Source: Klebsormidium nitens (taxonomy: Eukaryota > Plantae > Klebsormidiophyceae). From it: a DNA stretch of 64,000 bases. The notes below the pieces were generated by a model, which saw only the letters and a list, made by a program, of their open reading frames with translations, made no database searches and was not told the DNA's origin. Location of the stretch: positions 17,460 to 81,459 of the forward strand of contig DF237364.1 in assembly GCA_000708835.1 (NCBI GenBank), read 5' to 3'. How positions within the stretch are numbered: the stretch's first letter is position 1; each line of letters opens with the position of its first letter. Both the position numbers and the translations under genes were made by a program. Shown piece after piece: positions 1-13,700 of the stretch.

Positions 1-3000
1 TAGAAGACATTCGAGGAAGCGACGTACACTTTTTATTGATAAGCCTCTACTGACTGAAAGCCCCCACAGAATCTCGTCCTTCACGTTCTCTGTGTACGTT
101 AAGCCCGGCTACCCATCATCCACTGATGGATAACTAACGGACGGGCCGCAAGAACGGTTGAGGGTCGAACATTCTTCTTGAAGGTCCATGAGCATTTTTA
201 TGCTCGAGAACTTCAAGTTGTTGCAACATTTCGCATCACGATGGGCACCCGGAAATGATCCTGGCGAGGAGATATCTTGATGTGTCAAATGGTACGATCC
301 CATCGTTTAAGCTGGCGCCCGGGCCAGTCGCTCTCTCAAAACCTGCTAGAACACCTCATCATCCATATGACACCCAGCCGGAACAGCCACCCTTCATCAC
401 ATGACTAGCTCTTGATTTATCTCCCCTTGCCTTTCGCAACGGATACTTTCCCCTTCTTTTCAAAGGCGTCAAGTTTTTGTGTGGCTGTGATGCTTAGAAG
501 ACCGGGACGGCAACTTCGCCACAGCTTAGTTAACGGGCTTTCCAGTGCCAGTGCCCCAGCTTTCTGATGCCGCTGCATGTATGTTGTAGTTTGATTCGCC
601 TTTCAAAAGCTCTGAGGGCTCTCACGTCAATCTTCGGTTCTGGAACTTTTGTTTCGTTCCTAAGAACCGAAGTTACTACGGCAAAAAAATAGCCGTCCCT
701 CGTGTGGAAATACAGTTCGTTCCTTCAAGTACTTTCTCCAAAAGGGGAGTCACTTCCCACGATTTATGCAGATTAAACGAGAGGCACATTTTGCTTAGAA
801 TCTCCTTGCTCCACTCGTTGCTTCACTCGGATGGGGCTACTACAGTTTAGTGAATAGTTTCCAATCTCATTGTCGCCTGTGCCGTGTTCACCGCAATTTT
901 TCAGACAAATCGGTGGAGTGTGCACGTGATGTCACGGCTTGCGGTATACCAATCTTTCCACGAGACAAACTATCTCTTTTATCCGCGACACTCTGCTCGG
1001 CTTGAGTCAAATCATGCAGCCGTGGCCAGGACTAGAGCTCTCTGATTTGAGGCGCGCAATTGACCGTGTGCGATCAAGATGAGATCGTGACTCGCAAACG
1101 CCACACGTCGGGCCTAAGAGTGGGTGGTTCAAGTGGGAATGCAGGTTTTTCACCTTACAATCTGAATGAAGCTTATTTAGTGTTGACACAGAGGTAGAGT
1201 TGTTGCTTGAAGTTCGTCAGAGTAACCGTTCTTTACAAGAGCGTGTTGTTTGCAATCTAAGATCGGCACGCCTGGTTGCGTTGGCTTTTTTTATTCTAAA
1301 AGCTGATTGCTTGGTCAGTCGGCCGAGGCAATGACGGACTCTTATCTGGCCATCCGGCATGGTCAGAGAATCACCTCTCTTACCGACATACCGAGCCGGT
1401 TGGCAAATAGTCGCTTCAACGGGACTGACTGATAGGAAACCGTCCGCGTGGAAACTGCTTTCAAGTGCTCAATAGACGCCCCTCTTATGGTTTATCCACG
1501 AGTGCGTGGCCGATACCAAAAGGCGACTTCGAGTGATCTGAGGCTTCTTCTCCGTAGCATTTCTCTCTTGGGTCTCGATTCTTGTGGGGATCTTCCATCA
1601 CGGGGAGCAAATCGCGCGCGATTCGGATCTGGTGGGCGTGGCACTCGCACCGGAGCGAAGGTGCCAGGGCACATGTCACCTTCAAAAATCAAATACGTAC
1701 CCAACTGAATCTTTTACTTGAACGCAAAATACCACTTGGGTTGTCTGGACTAAACCACACTAGCGGCTCAAATCGGTGTTAAAACGTGTACGTCGCTGCC
1801 ATCACGTGGCGCAGACGCTCTCCTGGGGGCTGCGCTGTGCACGCTCGAAATCACTAGATTGGCCTGGACCGCCACTGGATAAAGCGCGTGAGCCGCCTGC
1901 TTAAAAGGCCAATGCCCGGGCCGGAAGTTGCCAGCCGCGGCGCGCGGCCGCGCGTGCGCGACGCTCGGTTTGAATTTTAACGTAGCGGGTGCCTTGCTTC
2001 AGCTGTCCGACGCATCTCAATCAAGGCCACGGCCGCCCGCTTCAGCCTGATTGCCCACGAATTTTTGAAGTTTCAGGTTTGGCAGGACATCTTCTGGCCT
2101 TCGAGCAAATACATTTGATCGAGTCTCTTGACCAGTGCCCTTCTGCAAAGGAAGTGCGGAGGCCGTAGGATCAAAAGACAATAGTCCGCTAGTACTGTGT
2201 TCTCTGGCAGCTTTGAGTGCATGGCACAGGCGCTCGTAATGTTCAGACGGCGGCGCAGTGCACTTCAAATCCATCCGGAATTGGCGCGGGCGGCCGGAGA
2301 CGGCCGCGCGCCGGCCACATCTTGGGTTACGCTCGGTTCCGACAGAACACAGCAATCGATCGAGCGCGCGCGCGCGCTCCCCGCCTACTCTGGGCACTTT
2401 TGATGAGAGCTTGCAGAGCTGAGCTTATACTGCCTCGCCGGTCGCTCCTTCTTATCCATTTTCTACTGCATCCTATCGAATTCGCAAAATACGTTAGTGC
2501 TCGCACTCGCTGTCCTTTAACTTAGGTGCCGCGCCAGACTTCTCGAGGTATCGGCAATGATTAGCATGTTCTCTGGTCCTTTTTTTGGCCCTGGATTTTG
2601 CACGAGCCGTTGCAATATGTGCGGCCTGTCCTTGTGTGGCGCTCGAGGCGTTCAATGGTCGGGCATATCGAGCGCGATCTGGTAGGACGGCTTGGCAATT
2701 GTACCTAAGCAGATGTGCCGAGGCACGTGTCTTTCTAATGATCAGATACATACCCAGGACCGGGCAGTGCTTTCACGAAACGGATTTAAAAACCACCTGG
2801 GTCATCTGGGATGGGCCGCAGTGCCGACTGACGCATCGCTGCTAGCCACGTGGCGTAGACGTCTTCGACTTTCTTAGAGTGCAGTGCACTCTCAAAACAA
2901 CCCACATTGCAAAGGGAGGGCGCGGCTCATGCAAAACTGCACCGGTCGAGACCCTGGAACTTCTTGAAGCAGGTGAAAACGCGGCCGAGAGCAAGGCCTT

Positions 3001-3589
3001 CTTTGGACTGTGTAGGATTAGCGCGCGCGCCTTGCTTCTTGGCGTCCCACCCTGCTTTAGCTTCATGAGCGCGCGCGCACGGCTTTAGGGGCTTGCCAGA
3101 AACGCGCCTAGCCACCCTTCTTCATGCGCCCTCTTCGGAATCGGCAATCAAATTGATCGGGGCGCGGTATCAATACAATTTTAGAGGTATACGTGCTTTG
3201 CATGGGTCTCTCGAGCTGGATATTCGCGGCTCGTCATATTTGACTTCTTGGGGCCCTCTAGAATGACATTCCAAGATCATCTCGTTGGTGTTTCGAAGTA
3301 ACCTGGGCCTATCATGGCCACCAGGTAACCAAATTGGTCAGCTTTCAAACGTCTCTGGCTGTGACGAGATGATGCTGCTCGCTGGATCTGGAAAACGTTT
3401 TCCAGACGCCCGCTCCTACAATCTCACGGAGCCCAAAACATTCATTGCCGCGCTGAGACCCCGTGTTAATAATATAGCTTGATTAGTGATTCTTAACAAC
3501 GCACTTCTATTTTACACCGCCTCTTCCCTGCTTCAGGTAAGATTTTTCAATCGGAGAAGCTATAGAATCTAAGAAGCTCGCGCTCCAAT

Positions 3590-4290
3590 CCGTTGCATGA
3601 GCCCACGTTTGTTGCACACAGCTTTTGGAAAGATTGGTTTGACCAGTCGTCTGATCGATCCCTTTCAAAGCGAGTTCTTATCGTGCCCAAATTTTGAGAA
3701 TGACGTCACAGTATATCCGCAGGGGCTCAATACATTGCGTACAGGCGCGCCCGCTGCTTCAAAATTGCGCCGGATAACAAGCTTCTTTCCGCGAAATCTC
3801 CCAGGCCTCAACACTTCGCGCGGTCACAACCCGCTCGGAGTAAACGGTGGGTCGAAATTTCAGCAGCGCGCTGAGTCTTGATTTACATGTTGCTGCCCGC
3901 TACGTGGCGCATGCGCCTTCTTCAGAGCGCCACGCAGTGCACACTCGAAACAGCTGAGCAGCTCGCCAATCGAAAAAGTCGCGTGCGCGCGTGGCGGCTT
4001 GGGATTCGTGCAGTCTGGTGACCGCCGTCTGGCCAACCGTAGCCGCGAGGTCGGGGGCACCATGTGCTTGGGGAGTGAGAAGTGCGCGCGCGTTACGCTT
4101 GGTTCGGACGCAGCACCAGGAGAGCGCGCGCTCCAGTCGATCCTCCCTTCTCAGTGCGTCCTTTCAGATCAGGCGAGAAGCGATTCGTGTTTGCGCTCGA
4201 TCTTGCTGAAGACGAGGCCGACAACTCTGTATTGTGGCGGCTATGAAATATAGCACGGTCTTTGGACAATTCTGTGGCCAGTCCTTGTAT
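3590..4290. repeat. Segmental duplicate, copy 1 (partner 4995-5735)
   Basis: Shared collinear blocks such as ccgttgca..gcacacagctt, cgtgccca.attttgag, cagcagcgcgctg, tacatgttgctgc, cgcatgcgccttcttca, gtgcagtctggtgac, aagtgcgcgcgcgtt, ggacgcagcac and cctttcagat, at an offset of about 1.4 kb. Confidence 0.9.
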
Positions 4291-4994
4291 GTGCCACCAT
4301 TGAGCCGCGATGCCTGGGGGCGGTCGCTGTACGAATGAAGACAGCACTGTCCTAGGCAAGGTCCCATTGGCATCCCTCTGAGTTTTGCCTATGTAAAGAT
4401 TGGAAAAGGCAGCTACCGGAAGGGGAACTCGACGTCTTGCGACCTGTTTGGCCGGCCTCGCATCGGTATTTCAAAGTCCTACGCCTTCAATATTACAGAA
4501 AACGAGGTCTCTGTAAAGGAAATCTGTTTTCCAGGCTTTCGTTTAGACGGCCACTTTTAAGTCGCTCGTCCTATTTCCAGCTCTTGTCCTTCCTTCCTCT
4601 CCGTGAAAGTTTAACTTCCACGCGCAATTTTATCTTTTGGCTGCATCATTACGACTCGATCGTCTTCAGTTCAAGAACGCATTCGCCAAGCTTCCGGGAC
4701 CGTCTCCCCGCGAGAGCGTCTGAATCCGTCCGACTCATAATTCTGCAGCCCACGGTCGTCAGAAACACACCCCCGCTAGCTGAGTTGAGCTTAAGAACAC
4801 ATTCTACGCTAGTTCTACTCATGCGAGCTGGAGGGAGGGGTGTCACACAGTCTGAGCTCTGCAATCGCTCTCCATTATTGCAAGAGCTCTACGGAGCTTT
4901 CCGTTTGTTACTATGCCAAGAACGAGGAGACTTAAGCGACTGTCTTCCGATCGTCAAAGAGAACATTCAGGACACAATAAGCTCAGAAGTTATT

Positions 4995-5735
4995 CCGTTG
5001 CAGCCCAAGATTGTCGCACACAGCTTCCAGAACAAACGGTTTGACCGGTCTTCTGAAAACAATTCCTTTGAGAGCGGGTTTTCTCGTGCCCAGATTTTGA
5101 GTATAACGTCACCGTAGATCCACAGGGGCTCGAGAAGGTGCTGTGCACGCCCGGTTTGTTGAGCTCAGCGGCTGGGGTGATGCGTTTCAAGAATCAAGAA
5201 ACTTCTAAGTTCCGGGAAAGATCTCCCACTTGAGCCTAGATTAAACATCAGTACGTATTCCGTCCCTGCAACTCGCTCACAGAAAATGGGGAGTTGAATT
5301 CTCAGCAGCGCGCTGGGTGCTTGATCTACATGTTGCTGCTAGCCATGTGACGCATGCGCCTTCTTCAAAGCGCCGCGCAGTGCCGCGCAGTGCGCAGTCG
5401 AATTACATGAGCGGCAGGCTCGCCAATCAGAAAGGGGGGCGCGCCGCGGCTCAGGAGTCGTGCAGTCTGGTGACAGTCAACTGACCAACCGCAGCAGGTC
5501 CCGTTTGATTTGTGGGTGAAAAGTGCGCGCGCGTTGCATGATCCGTTTGGACGCAGCACAAACAGAGCGTGCGCGCCAATCTTTCCTCCCGTCTCAGTGC
5601 GGCCTTTCAGATTTAGCAAAAAAGCTTTGTGTTCGCACTCAATCACCTTAATTACGAGGCCAAGAAAGCTCAAACTGGTGGCATGATCATGATAAGCACG
5701 TTCGCTGGTCTTCCGTTTGGCCAGGCCTCGTCTTT
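4995..5735. repeat. Segmental duplicate, copy 2 (partner 3590-4290)
   Basis: Same collinear blocks as copy 1. Confidence 0.9.
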
Positions 5736-7306
5736 GTTGGAATATCGGCGCATTGCATCATAGCACTTGATGGACAATTACATATTGCACACTAAACAAT
5801 GACACGAGCGCCGTTCAGAGGCGCCTCCTCTTCTCTATCATGCTTCCCTAATATGTTTGATTACAATCACGTTCGAACCGCTCAGTCTTTATAGAGTCTT
5901 ACACTCTACCTGCAGACTGATTCTCACTTCGACTGTCCTGATCATTCAACTTTCCCGCCCTTGAATCACAGCCGTTCATCTCAGTGCATCGCAACCGTCG
6001 ATCACTAACCACTTAGTTATTCAATTGACCAGAATCGCTAACCGGATTCTAACAGTCTTTGCTATGGAGCCGCGAAACGTGGGGGCTGTCTCGGTACGAT
6101 TGCAGATGGTATCCTTTTAGTAATGTCTCGTTGCCATCCCTCTGCGTTCCACAAGAAGTGTTACTGATTGGACAAGACATGCTACAGAATGGGAGATCTA
6201 ACAAGCTGCATCGTGTTTGCGTTGCGTTTGTCGTTTTAAGAGCTACACGTCTTCAGGTAACAAACTGAGGTCTTCGTGAGAACAAGCACGTCTCTCAACA
6301 GCTTGTGTGCCGGCCAGATCGACGGCTTGTCTGGCGCTTTTTCTTATTCGAATCCGAGGCCTTTTCTAAGAACTTGCTTGACCGCATCAGTGTTCAAGTT
6401 TTGAACTGTCTCGATCACGGTTAGCCTCATTAACGAGGGGTTCACACTCCCGGTTGAATTTCTCCACCGCTATTCTGGGTGCACTGCTATTTCGCAACCC
6501 CGTCAGAGGATGCACGCTTTCTTCGACGGTGTGCACGGACGTTACCACTGCTTTTCCTCCTGGAGTGTAGGATTATCTGGATATGGCGAGGACTGAAGCA
6601 CTCAAGTCTCCAGTCAAATCGTGCTAGAGACTCCGCGTCAGTCTGCGTTTTCTGAGCCGCTAAGATTGGGTCGGCATGGTTTCCGCGTTCTTTCTCGATT
6701 CTACAAATTGCTAAATCCACCGGACTCTGTGACGATATCGATCTTTTCTTCCTGCCTTTGTGCAGAATTTTCAATCGTGACCTCTTGGCTCTCGACGCTT
6801 ACCGTACCGTTCTTCCGGCAAAGCGCCCTTTGCAAATGAAATTTCAGCTCCTGCATGCCGCCAATATGGTTGCACGATCCTAGGAGCACGACGCTTTCTC
6901 GATGGAGAAGCGAGGCAACAATTGCGCACTAGTTTCCTGAGTGTTACTGCGCGGTTCGGCTGGTCTTTGATCACATGTGGACCTTCTGATTGCACCGCTC
7001 AGTCATACCCTCAGTCTGAGCGGGAGAGATCGCGGCCGCGCCAAACTTGGCAGGCCACTTTAAAGCCCGCGCGCGTCCCTGCGACTGTCAGTGCTGTGCG
7101 CGATTTCTCCTTCGCGCCCCTCGGCTGACCCAGAACGCGGAGAAGCGCGCGCAGCTGCGCGCTCGGGAACGCGCTTCGGCGCGCACCGCGCGGGCTAGCG
7201 CCCTTGGCGAGAGCCCAGGGTTGTCTTCTTCACAATTTCCCGCTTGGGGGGGTCAAGGAACCGGAGCGATAAAAGCCTGGTTCAGATTCAAGCGCCGTTC
7301 CAGTTG

Positions 7307-8282
7307 TCAATCACCGTATGTTTGAATTTCTCCTGAAGGTCCTGGACATAGGACGGCTCGAAGCAGGAAAACAATCCAGGAACGTGGGTCCCTTTGTGGC
7401 CCCGTTTCTTTTCTCCCTTTGTAATCATGTAACTTTTCGTCGCTTGTTCGATCGGGTCGCGCACTCATCCTGCAAGTGTATCTTGCACGTCTGCTCATCT
7501 GCAATCGGACCGTCGTCGCGCACTTACTGCAAACGCCCCGGCGCGCCTGAGAGCTCCCGCTTCGGAGCGTGTGCATAGCCTCGTTGCTGAAGTGCGTAGC
7601 GCCCTTATTCTCACAAAGCCGGAGATCAAGCGGACGGTCCTCCGTTGGAGATTTGAACCATATCAGCTCGCCCCACCAAACCCACCAAGCGCTTGAATCT
7701 TTCAGCGACATCCTCTGAGCAGATGCTGCACTTTTGCCGAGCGTGTATTTGAAAGTCTTACTCGTGATGTGCAAATATTCGAGTGTCTCAAGGGTCGTTC
7801 AAGTGCCGCTCAATGTGTACATGCCTGCTTCAAAAGAGACCCTGACTTCCAAGAATGCAAGAACCTCAAAATCAGGAAGGACTGAGCGGAGAGATTTTGA
7901 GAGCAGCAAAAATATCGGAGCCGGCCATCTGCAAACATACGATGCCGGGCGATATATGCAGGGTTCATTCCGACTGCGAAGTACTTCGAGCTTTCTGATT
8001 GGAAGAACCTGCACTCACACGATGCATTTCAACGTGTTCGCAAGTAGGTTCTTGGCGGGACGCCGGTACTTTCCGTTCCGGGCTGAAAGTTGGGAAGAGA
8101 AAGGATATAAAAAGCATAGAATTGCGTCTCGTATCCGGCACGGTCTTACAGTAGCTTCAATCGTATTAGATTCAGTATTGAGAATCTGGGACAGAACGGT
8201 CCGCAAACGGTTACTACAAGCTGACTAGATCCGTAACTTTGCTGTAGAAGAAAGAAAGAGAACCAAGGATGAGATCTTCAAT
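7307..8282 (-). pseudogene. Possible highly decayed F-box-like family member
   Basis: The minus strand from 8282 reads IEDL...YSKVTDLVSL**, resembling MEDL...LNKLAAQDPASL. Fragmented ORFs follow (8015-8206, 7799-8014, 7307-7774). Similarity judged by eye only. Confidence 0.3.
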
Positions 8283-8396
8283 ACCAGTGCATACGCTATT
8301 CGAGTCTGAGCAGGAGCGTAATGGCTACCGGCGTCGAATAATCAACGAGGGTCGCAAGACCGCAATCAGCCCACTATTACTGCTGGATGTTCGTCT

Positions 8397-9380
8397 TTGG
8401 CACGATCTCATATTAGAGTGGGCCAGTGCAGCTGTCGTTCAGCATTCGTGAGCACAGTCCTTAATTACAATCAATATCTGCGACGCGCTGGTCAGCCATG
8501 CCCGGCTGCACGAACGGCTGTCGCATGACACTGCCTGCCTATGAATCCATTGAACAGTCGTCACTCGAATCGTCGAGTACGTTAGACACGTATGCTTGCC
8601 AATAAAAATCACAACGAGACGGCGCAGCCCGTCATCATGGCATGCAGCTAGGATCTACATCCGCATCATCTGAGTTGATTCACATGTACAGTATCAGTGT
8701 GCTCATAAAATATCGTCAAGTCTACTCACCAGCACCGGGACCGCGGCAAGCTGCCAGTCCAATGTCGATGTTATGGGCATCATCCAGGTATACCAGCTCT
8801 TACTAGCTACTTCTGCGCGTTTTGGCAATAGAAAGATTGATGCACAGGAGTGTATAATAACGCTCATATGGGCGGCGCTTGTTTGGGGACTGGTCGCAGT
8901 TGGTGCCTCGAGGTGCGCTCACATTGATTGCACTCAATCTCAGGCTGACACTCAACATTTTCATGTGCAGTGATGAATACGTCTAGCAAAGCTCGAACAA
9001 GCAGCTTACCGATCATTAAAATCTAGATACCGCAGACTTAGGCTGCGCGGGTCCAATTTTCACCTTCCTTTCCGATCTTTCTGTCGTTTGGTCCAACTTT
9101 CTGGATGCACCTAGCTGACTTACGTCTATAGCAAACGTAGATTCCTTTGTACCTCGCTGATCCGGTTGTTCTGCAATAGCTATCAGTTTGTTGTTCTCCG
9201 TGGTCGTGTTTCGACACTTGGGCTTTTCTGGAGCTCCACCACGTACGCGTGCACTTATCGCTGATGTATCGGTAGATGAACAAAGCCGGTAAGATTAGGA
9301 GTACGAAAAGTATGGCGACAAGCAAACGAAACAATTCGAACCTGTTCTTGATGTAGTAAAACACCTGCGTAATTCTTGTG
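8397..9380. repeat. Segmental duplicate, copy 1 (3' end and flank of the F-box-like gene; partner 11735-12660)
   Basis: Shared blocks cgacgc.ctggtcagc, cggctgcacg.acggctg, gtcgtcactcgaa, ccagctcttac...ctacttctgcgcg, ctgcgcgggtccaa and gcacttgtcgctgatg.atcg. Confidence 0.85.
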
Positions 9381-10215
9381 CCGATTGTATGGTATTCAGA
9401 GGCAGGACCCAGAAACGTGCTGGGGACGTTCCTGACACAGTCGATACTTCTGGTTGGCTGATATTTAAATTGAAAGAGACTTAACCGGGCAAATTTGCAT
9501 TGATATTCGTTGACCTGCGGAGTAAGTAGGTACCGAACCCACATTTCTTTTGCGTTTAGCACCTTGTGAATTTCCAGTATAATGGGCGCTTTGAGCAGGT
9601 CCAGGCATTCAGATGCCGAACGTCCGGTAACCCCCCACAGGCTTTCCGTACTTCGTCGAACGTGACGTCAGCATAAACTGGTTGCAACAACGAGCCTTCA
9701 AGCAGACATCTCCCACCTGAATAATCCCAGAAGTCGGTATTTCGGGACAGATACCCTTCCTCTGGCCCCGGCTTGTCGACCTGCCAGCAAAGAAGCCTTC
9801 CCTGGACTCTGATGAGGAACATGTGTCGCCTTCCTTTTGAGTGCAGGCTAGATTCAACTTCCTGCTTTTGTTCCCCATCTCGCGTATCGACCTTGCTTCC
9901 TGCCAGCTTTGGGGGTTGTTTACAGCACAAACGCTTGAGCTTTGCTAGCCGAGCTACCACCAGCTGCTTGCAAAGGCCCGGTAACGTCATTGCCTCTTGA
10001 AAGCCCGCGCTCAGTCTATCACACCACCCTTCGAGTAAGGGCACTTCCAGCGCTGGTTCTAAGAAGAGAAAAGCTTTCAGCCAAACGGCAGGATTGCGTT
10101 CCGCCAGGCGGCAAAGGTGTTCGGAAGCGCACGTAGAGCGGAGCAGAGACGCGGGATCTTGCGCCGCTAGCTTGTTGAGAATCAAGAGCGCGAGATCAGA
10201 CGGGAGATCCTCCAT
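9038..10215 (-). pseudogene. F-box-like protein with C-terminal hydrophobic segment, split by one frameshift (pseudogene or sequencing error)
   Basis: ATG at 10215 gives MEDLPSDLALLILNKLAAQDPASLLRSTCASEHLCRLAERNPAVW, matching the F-box pattern LP-x-D/E-L-xxx-IL-xx-L...W. This ORF stops at 9556. A second frame is open from about 9660 to the stop at 9038 and encodes LFRLLVAILFVLLILPALFIY. The frames overlap across a G6 run (C6 at 9631-9636). No introns seen. Confidence 0.7.
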
Positions 10216-11734
10216 AGCGGCCCAAACGAGGAAGGTCCAGATTTTTGTTGTGTCTTTGTTCAAGGCGCCATAATTTGGACCTAAAGTAGCCTTTGCAGTC
10301 GAAGATGAAAGGCAGTATTTGACGCGACTCGACCTTGAGTACTAGTGCGCGCAGATGCGCATAATCGCATTGACCCGCGCGCCTGCGTGTCCCGCGGCCG
10401 GCCGGGCGCGCCATATCACGGTCCCGCGCTTGTCGCGCGCTCGAAGGCGCGCGCCTAAATTTTCAGAGCGGGTCCGCTCCGAGCGTGCCCAAGAGAAGGG
10501 CGCGCGCGCTCGAGGAGCTCGTTGCAGAGCACTTTGGGATCGGCAGTCTCGTAATGACTGCCGGAAGCAACCGACGTTTCGTGTGGCGCGCACTCGCGCG
10601 CTTTTTTCTGCTCAACGTGGCCGCGCATGAAGTACGGTCCTCAGGTATTTGCTTCCGCTTGGATGCCCTAGAACTGGCCGTGAACTAAGGTCTCGTGAAC
10701 AAATTAAAGGCGCTGCAAACTTGGTGCAGCTACGAAGAGTCTCCCGATTCAGATGGCCCTTGCAATTGTCAGTCATAGTAGTCTTCGACAAGCTGGAAGA
10801 GCGTCACTGCCGGGACTGAGCACGAATACAAAGAGGAAGTCCTGCGCAGTGCGTATGAAAAAGCGAAGTCTAAGAAGCCCTGCAAACCAGAGTACTGCGC
10901 ATGCTCAATCCGAATGATCAAGCTCGAGGTGAAAGGCTAGCGGCGGGAGGGCGGCGGGCTAGCGGCGCAACTGCGAAAAACGACTCCGACGTCCGGCATC
11001 AACCTCTTGATATTCGAAGTCGGTCGATCACCAGCTTTCCGTTCATCCCCGTAGAACGCGTAGCTACGGGAATGATGCATAGTAGGCTTGACCGGGCAGC
11101 CTGTAATTTTGGTGGTTTGCGCGCCACTGACGTGCGGTTCTGCATAGGAAGTGCTCGCAAATGCCTTCCAAATTTCGGCATCCAATAGGGTTTAATGGGC
11201 AGGGACGGGTCAAGGCGTAACTGTTTGAGAAATTGTCTGCTGTCACAATGAGAATCATAAGAGGCTGCAGGAGAAACCGAAATGGCAAAGAAGCTGAGGT
11301 TTACGGACCCTGAATGGAGCGTCTGAATACTTTGCCTTGCGGTGCTCTTGCAGCGCTGATCGAGGGCCGCCCATAGAGCTTCAGAAACTATCGGATATGC
11401 ACAACGTGGTGGTCATATTGGGGGTGGTGCCAAGGCCAAGTACTTTTTCATTTGAACATCTAGTCGGCATTTTCTTGCATCTTTAAGAGTTCCGATGCTG
11501 AAAATCCGGGACCGGAAGCTCTGCAAATCATTGGGCGCAATTTTGGAAAGAGACTCGTGACTTTGTTCCTGACTGAAAGGTACACCAAAGACTAGATCTG
11601 GAATCAGTGCAGTTGTTGCAAACGTTATCGAAATGTGAGCAGGAACATGATGGCTACATCGGGACAGATTCTAAAGACAGAGGTCCGGCGCAAGCACGCA
11701 AACAGCCCCCCAATACTGCTGGATGGTCGTCGAT

Positions 11735-12660
11735 TGGCACGTTCTTTTAGATTAGGTCAGTACATCTGTCTTTCATGATCGTGATCACAGCGCTGTCCAT
11801 TCAATCTTTTCGACGCACTGGTCAGCTATCATATGCGGCTGCACGGACGGCTGACGGGTGCCATTATCTGCATCTTATACGACTTTAATGTCGTCACTCG
11901 AAGTGCCTATTCGTAAGACCCGGAAGGGCTCACTCAAGATAACGTTTGCACGGCGCGGCTCGTGATTATGGCAATCCGAAGCAGCTGAGATTGGGTCTAA
12001 ATCCTCAGTGTTCTCACAAACATCTTCATGTCTACTCTGCGGCACGGAAAATACAATAATGCAGCCGCTCGAGTGTCAAAACTTGCATCATGCATGCAAG
12101 TACACCAGCTCTTACGGGCTACTTCTGCGTGTTTCTGCGTACCGGCAAAACGAATAGTAAACCATAAAACCGTTAAAATGTTCTCATTTGGGCGGCGAAC
12201 TTACTTTGGAAGTGCTGGAGATGCGCTCACATTTCACCCATGAGATAGTTCGTACTCACTGAAGAACACAAGTCCTCAAATTAGAAAAGGTCAAAGAAGC
12301 GTGTCTCCCGATCATTGAACACCGCGTAAGTGACTGCGCGGGTCCAACTTCCGGTCCCCATCTTCTTTCGGTCCAACTTTTGGATGCCCCTAGCTGTGTA
12401 AAATAAGCTGCAAGCGGAGATCCACTCGTTCCTCAATGACCCGGTGTTCTTCACCATAGCTTTCGGGGTACTGATCTCCGCGGTCCTGTGTCGACACGTG
12501 TTGGGCCTTGCTGAATCTCATCCACGTGCACTTGTCGCTGATGCATCGACTTACGTACATTAGAAGAACTGGTAGGAGTAGGAAGACCACGGCAACAAGC
12601 AAACAGAGCGGTGTGAACCACTTCTCTATGTCGTACACAATCTGCACAAACATTGTGCGG
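11735..12660. repeat. Segmental duplicate, copy 2 (partner 8397-9380)
   Basis: Same collinear blocks as copy 1. Confidence 0.85.
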
Positions 12661-13700
12661 ATTTCCAGTCCAACAAAATCCTGCAAAGTGTGTAGGAAAG
12701 CGAAGTTTCCTGGAGGCGAAAGCGAAGCTTCAGGCGGCGCTGAATCTTGAAAACCTGGAGAGCTCATATGGCGAAATGGACGAGAGAGGGTCCCCAGTAT
12801 CGGAGGACTCGGGGGGGGTCGTGATTGTGGATGATGACGTCCTGCTTCGGCATCCCGACTCGTCTGCTTACCAGCTTTTTCGGGTGAGCCCCGTGGGAAT
12901 CGTGGCTACGAGAATGACGGAGGCTTGAGCGGGCAGCCTGTTTTGGTCGTAGGTGTTTCGCGCGCCAAGCCCGGCTCTGCAAGCAATCATGCGTCCCCCC
13001 GCGCTTGCAAGACTCATTCTACGTTAAAGTGGGACATTCGACAGGGTTCGTTTGGCACGGCACGTCAGCCGAGCCAGTTGAGAAACAAGTTGTCCGTTTG
13101 GTTGTTTGGGAATCTGAGAGCGGGCTAAATCGAATGGCGACGAAGACGTGCTCGGAGCATCAGGAGAGCATCCGAGGACTTCACATCACGGTGCAGCGCC
13201 GACCGAGGGCCAAAAAGACCGCAAAAACTACCGAAACGTGGTCGATATAGCAGGATAGCAGGGATGCTGCCAGACAAAGTAAATCGTCCTTTGTACATCA
13301 AGCCGGATGGACCTTGCTTGCAACATATGTTGATCTGAACCAGCATGGTATGATTTTTGATCAGGGGCAGGCCCGACTCGTGAGCACCGCCAAGTCAACA
13401 ACTCCTATGTACGAGATCAGCCAATTCGAATCCATTTGCTGGCCCTCCTGTGTTCGTCCGTTCCAAAGGCAGTTTGAACGAATTGATCGGTCACAGATTC
13501 CGAAGTTGGTCACACTGACATACATGCACCAGCACCGCGCCACTGCGCACACGTCATTGTTGCAACGTCCGATCACAGTCTTACAGCTGTCAAGTAACTG
13601 TTCCGTCTTAAAAGCTCGGCGCAGCTTCCAATGTGCCAAGCAAGCGGGGATCATGCATTCCGATTTCTCAAGTAAGAGAGTAAGGCTTGTGTTCAAAACG
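12330..13700 (-). pseudogene. Degenerate paralogue of the 9038-10215 F-box-like gene
   Basis: ORF 12390-12767 (PLCLLVAVVFLLLPVLLMYVSRCISDKCTW) aligns with the C-terminus of the 9038 ORF (LFRLLVAILFVLLILPALFIYRYISDKCTR). The 3' flanks are also homologous. The upstream part is broken by stops and frameshifts; the 5' boundary is uncertain. Confidence 0.55.

Noticed and set aside
4437-5117. 226-codon plus-strand ORF with a TTG start
   Set aside because: No recognisable domain, and the frame is not conserved in the duplicated copy at 3590-3880.
6109-6118. U12-type donor consensus GTATCCTTTT (and ATATCCTTT on the minus strand near 8100-8108)
   Set aside because: There is no supporting exon or clear U12 branch site, and a 9-mer is expected about once by chance across both strands.
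12653-12928. Protein-like plus-strand ORF (FLEAKAKLQAALNLE...)
   Set aside because: It lies antisense to the degenerate F-box paralogue and no upstream exons could be linked to it.
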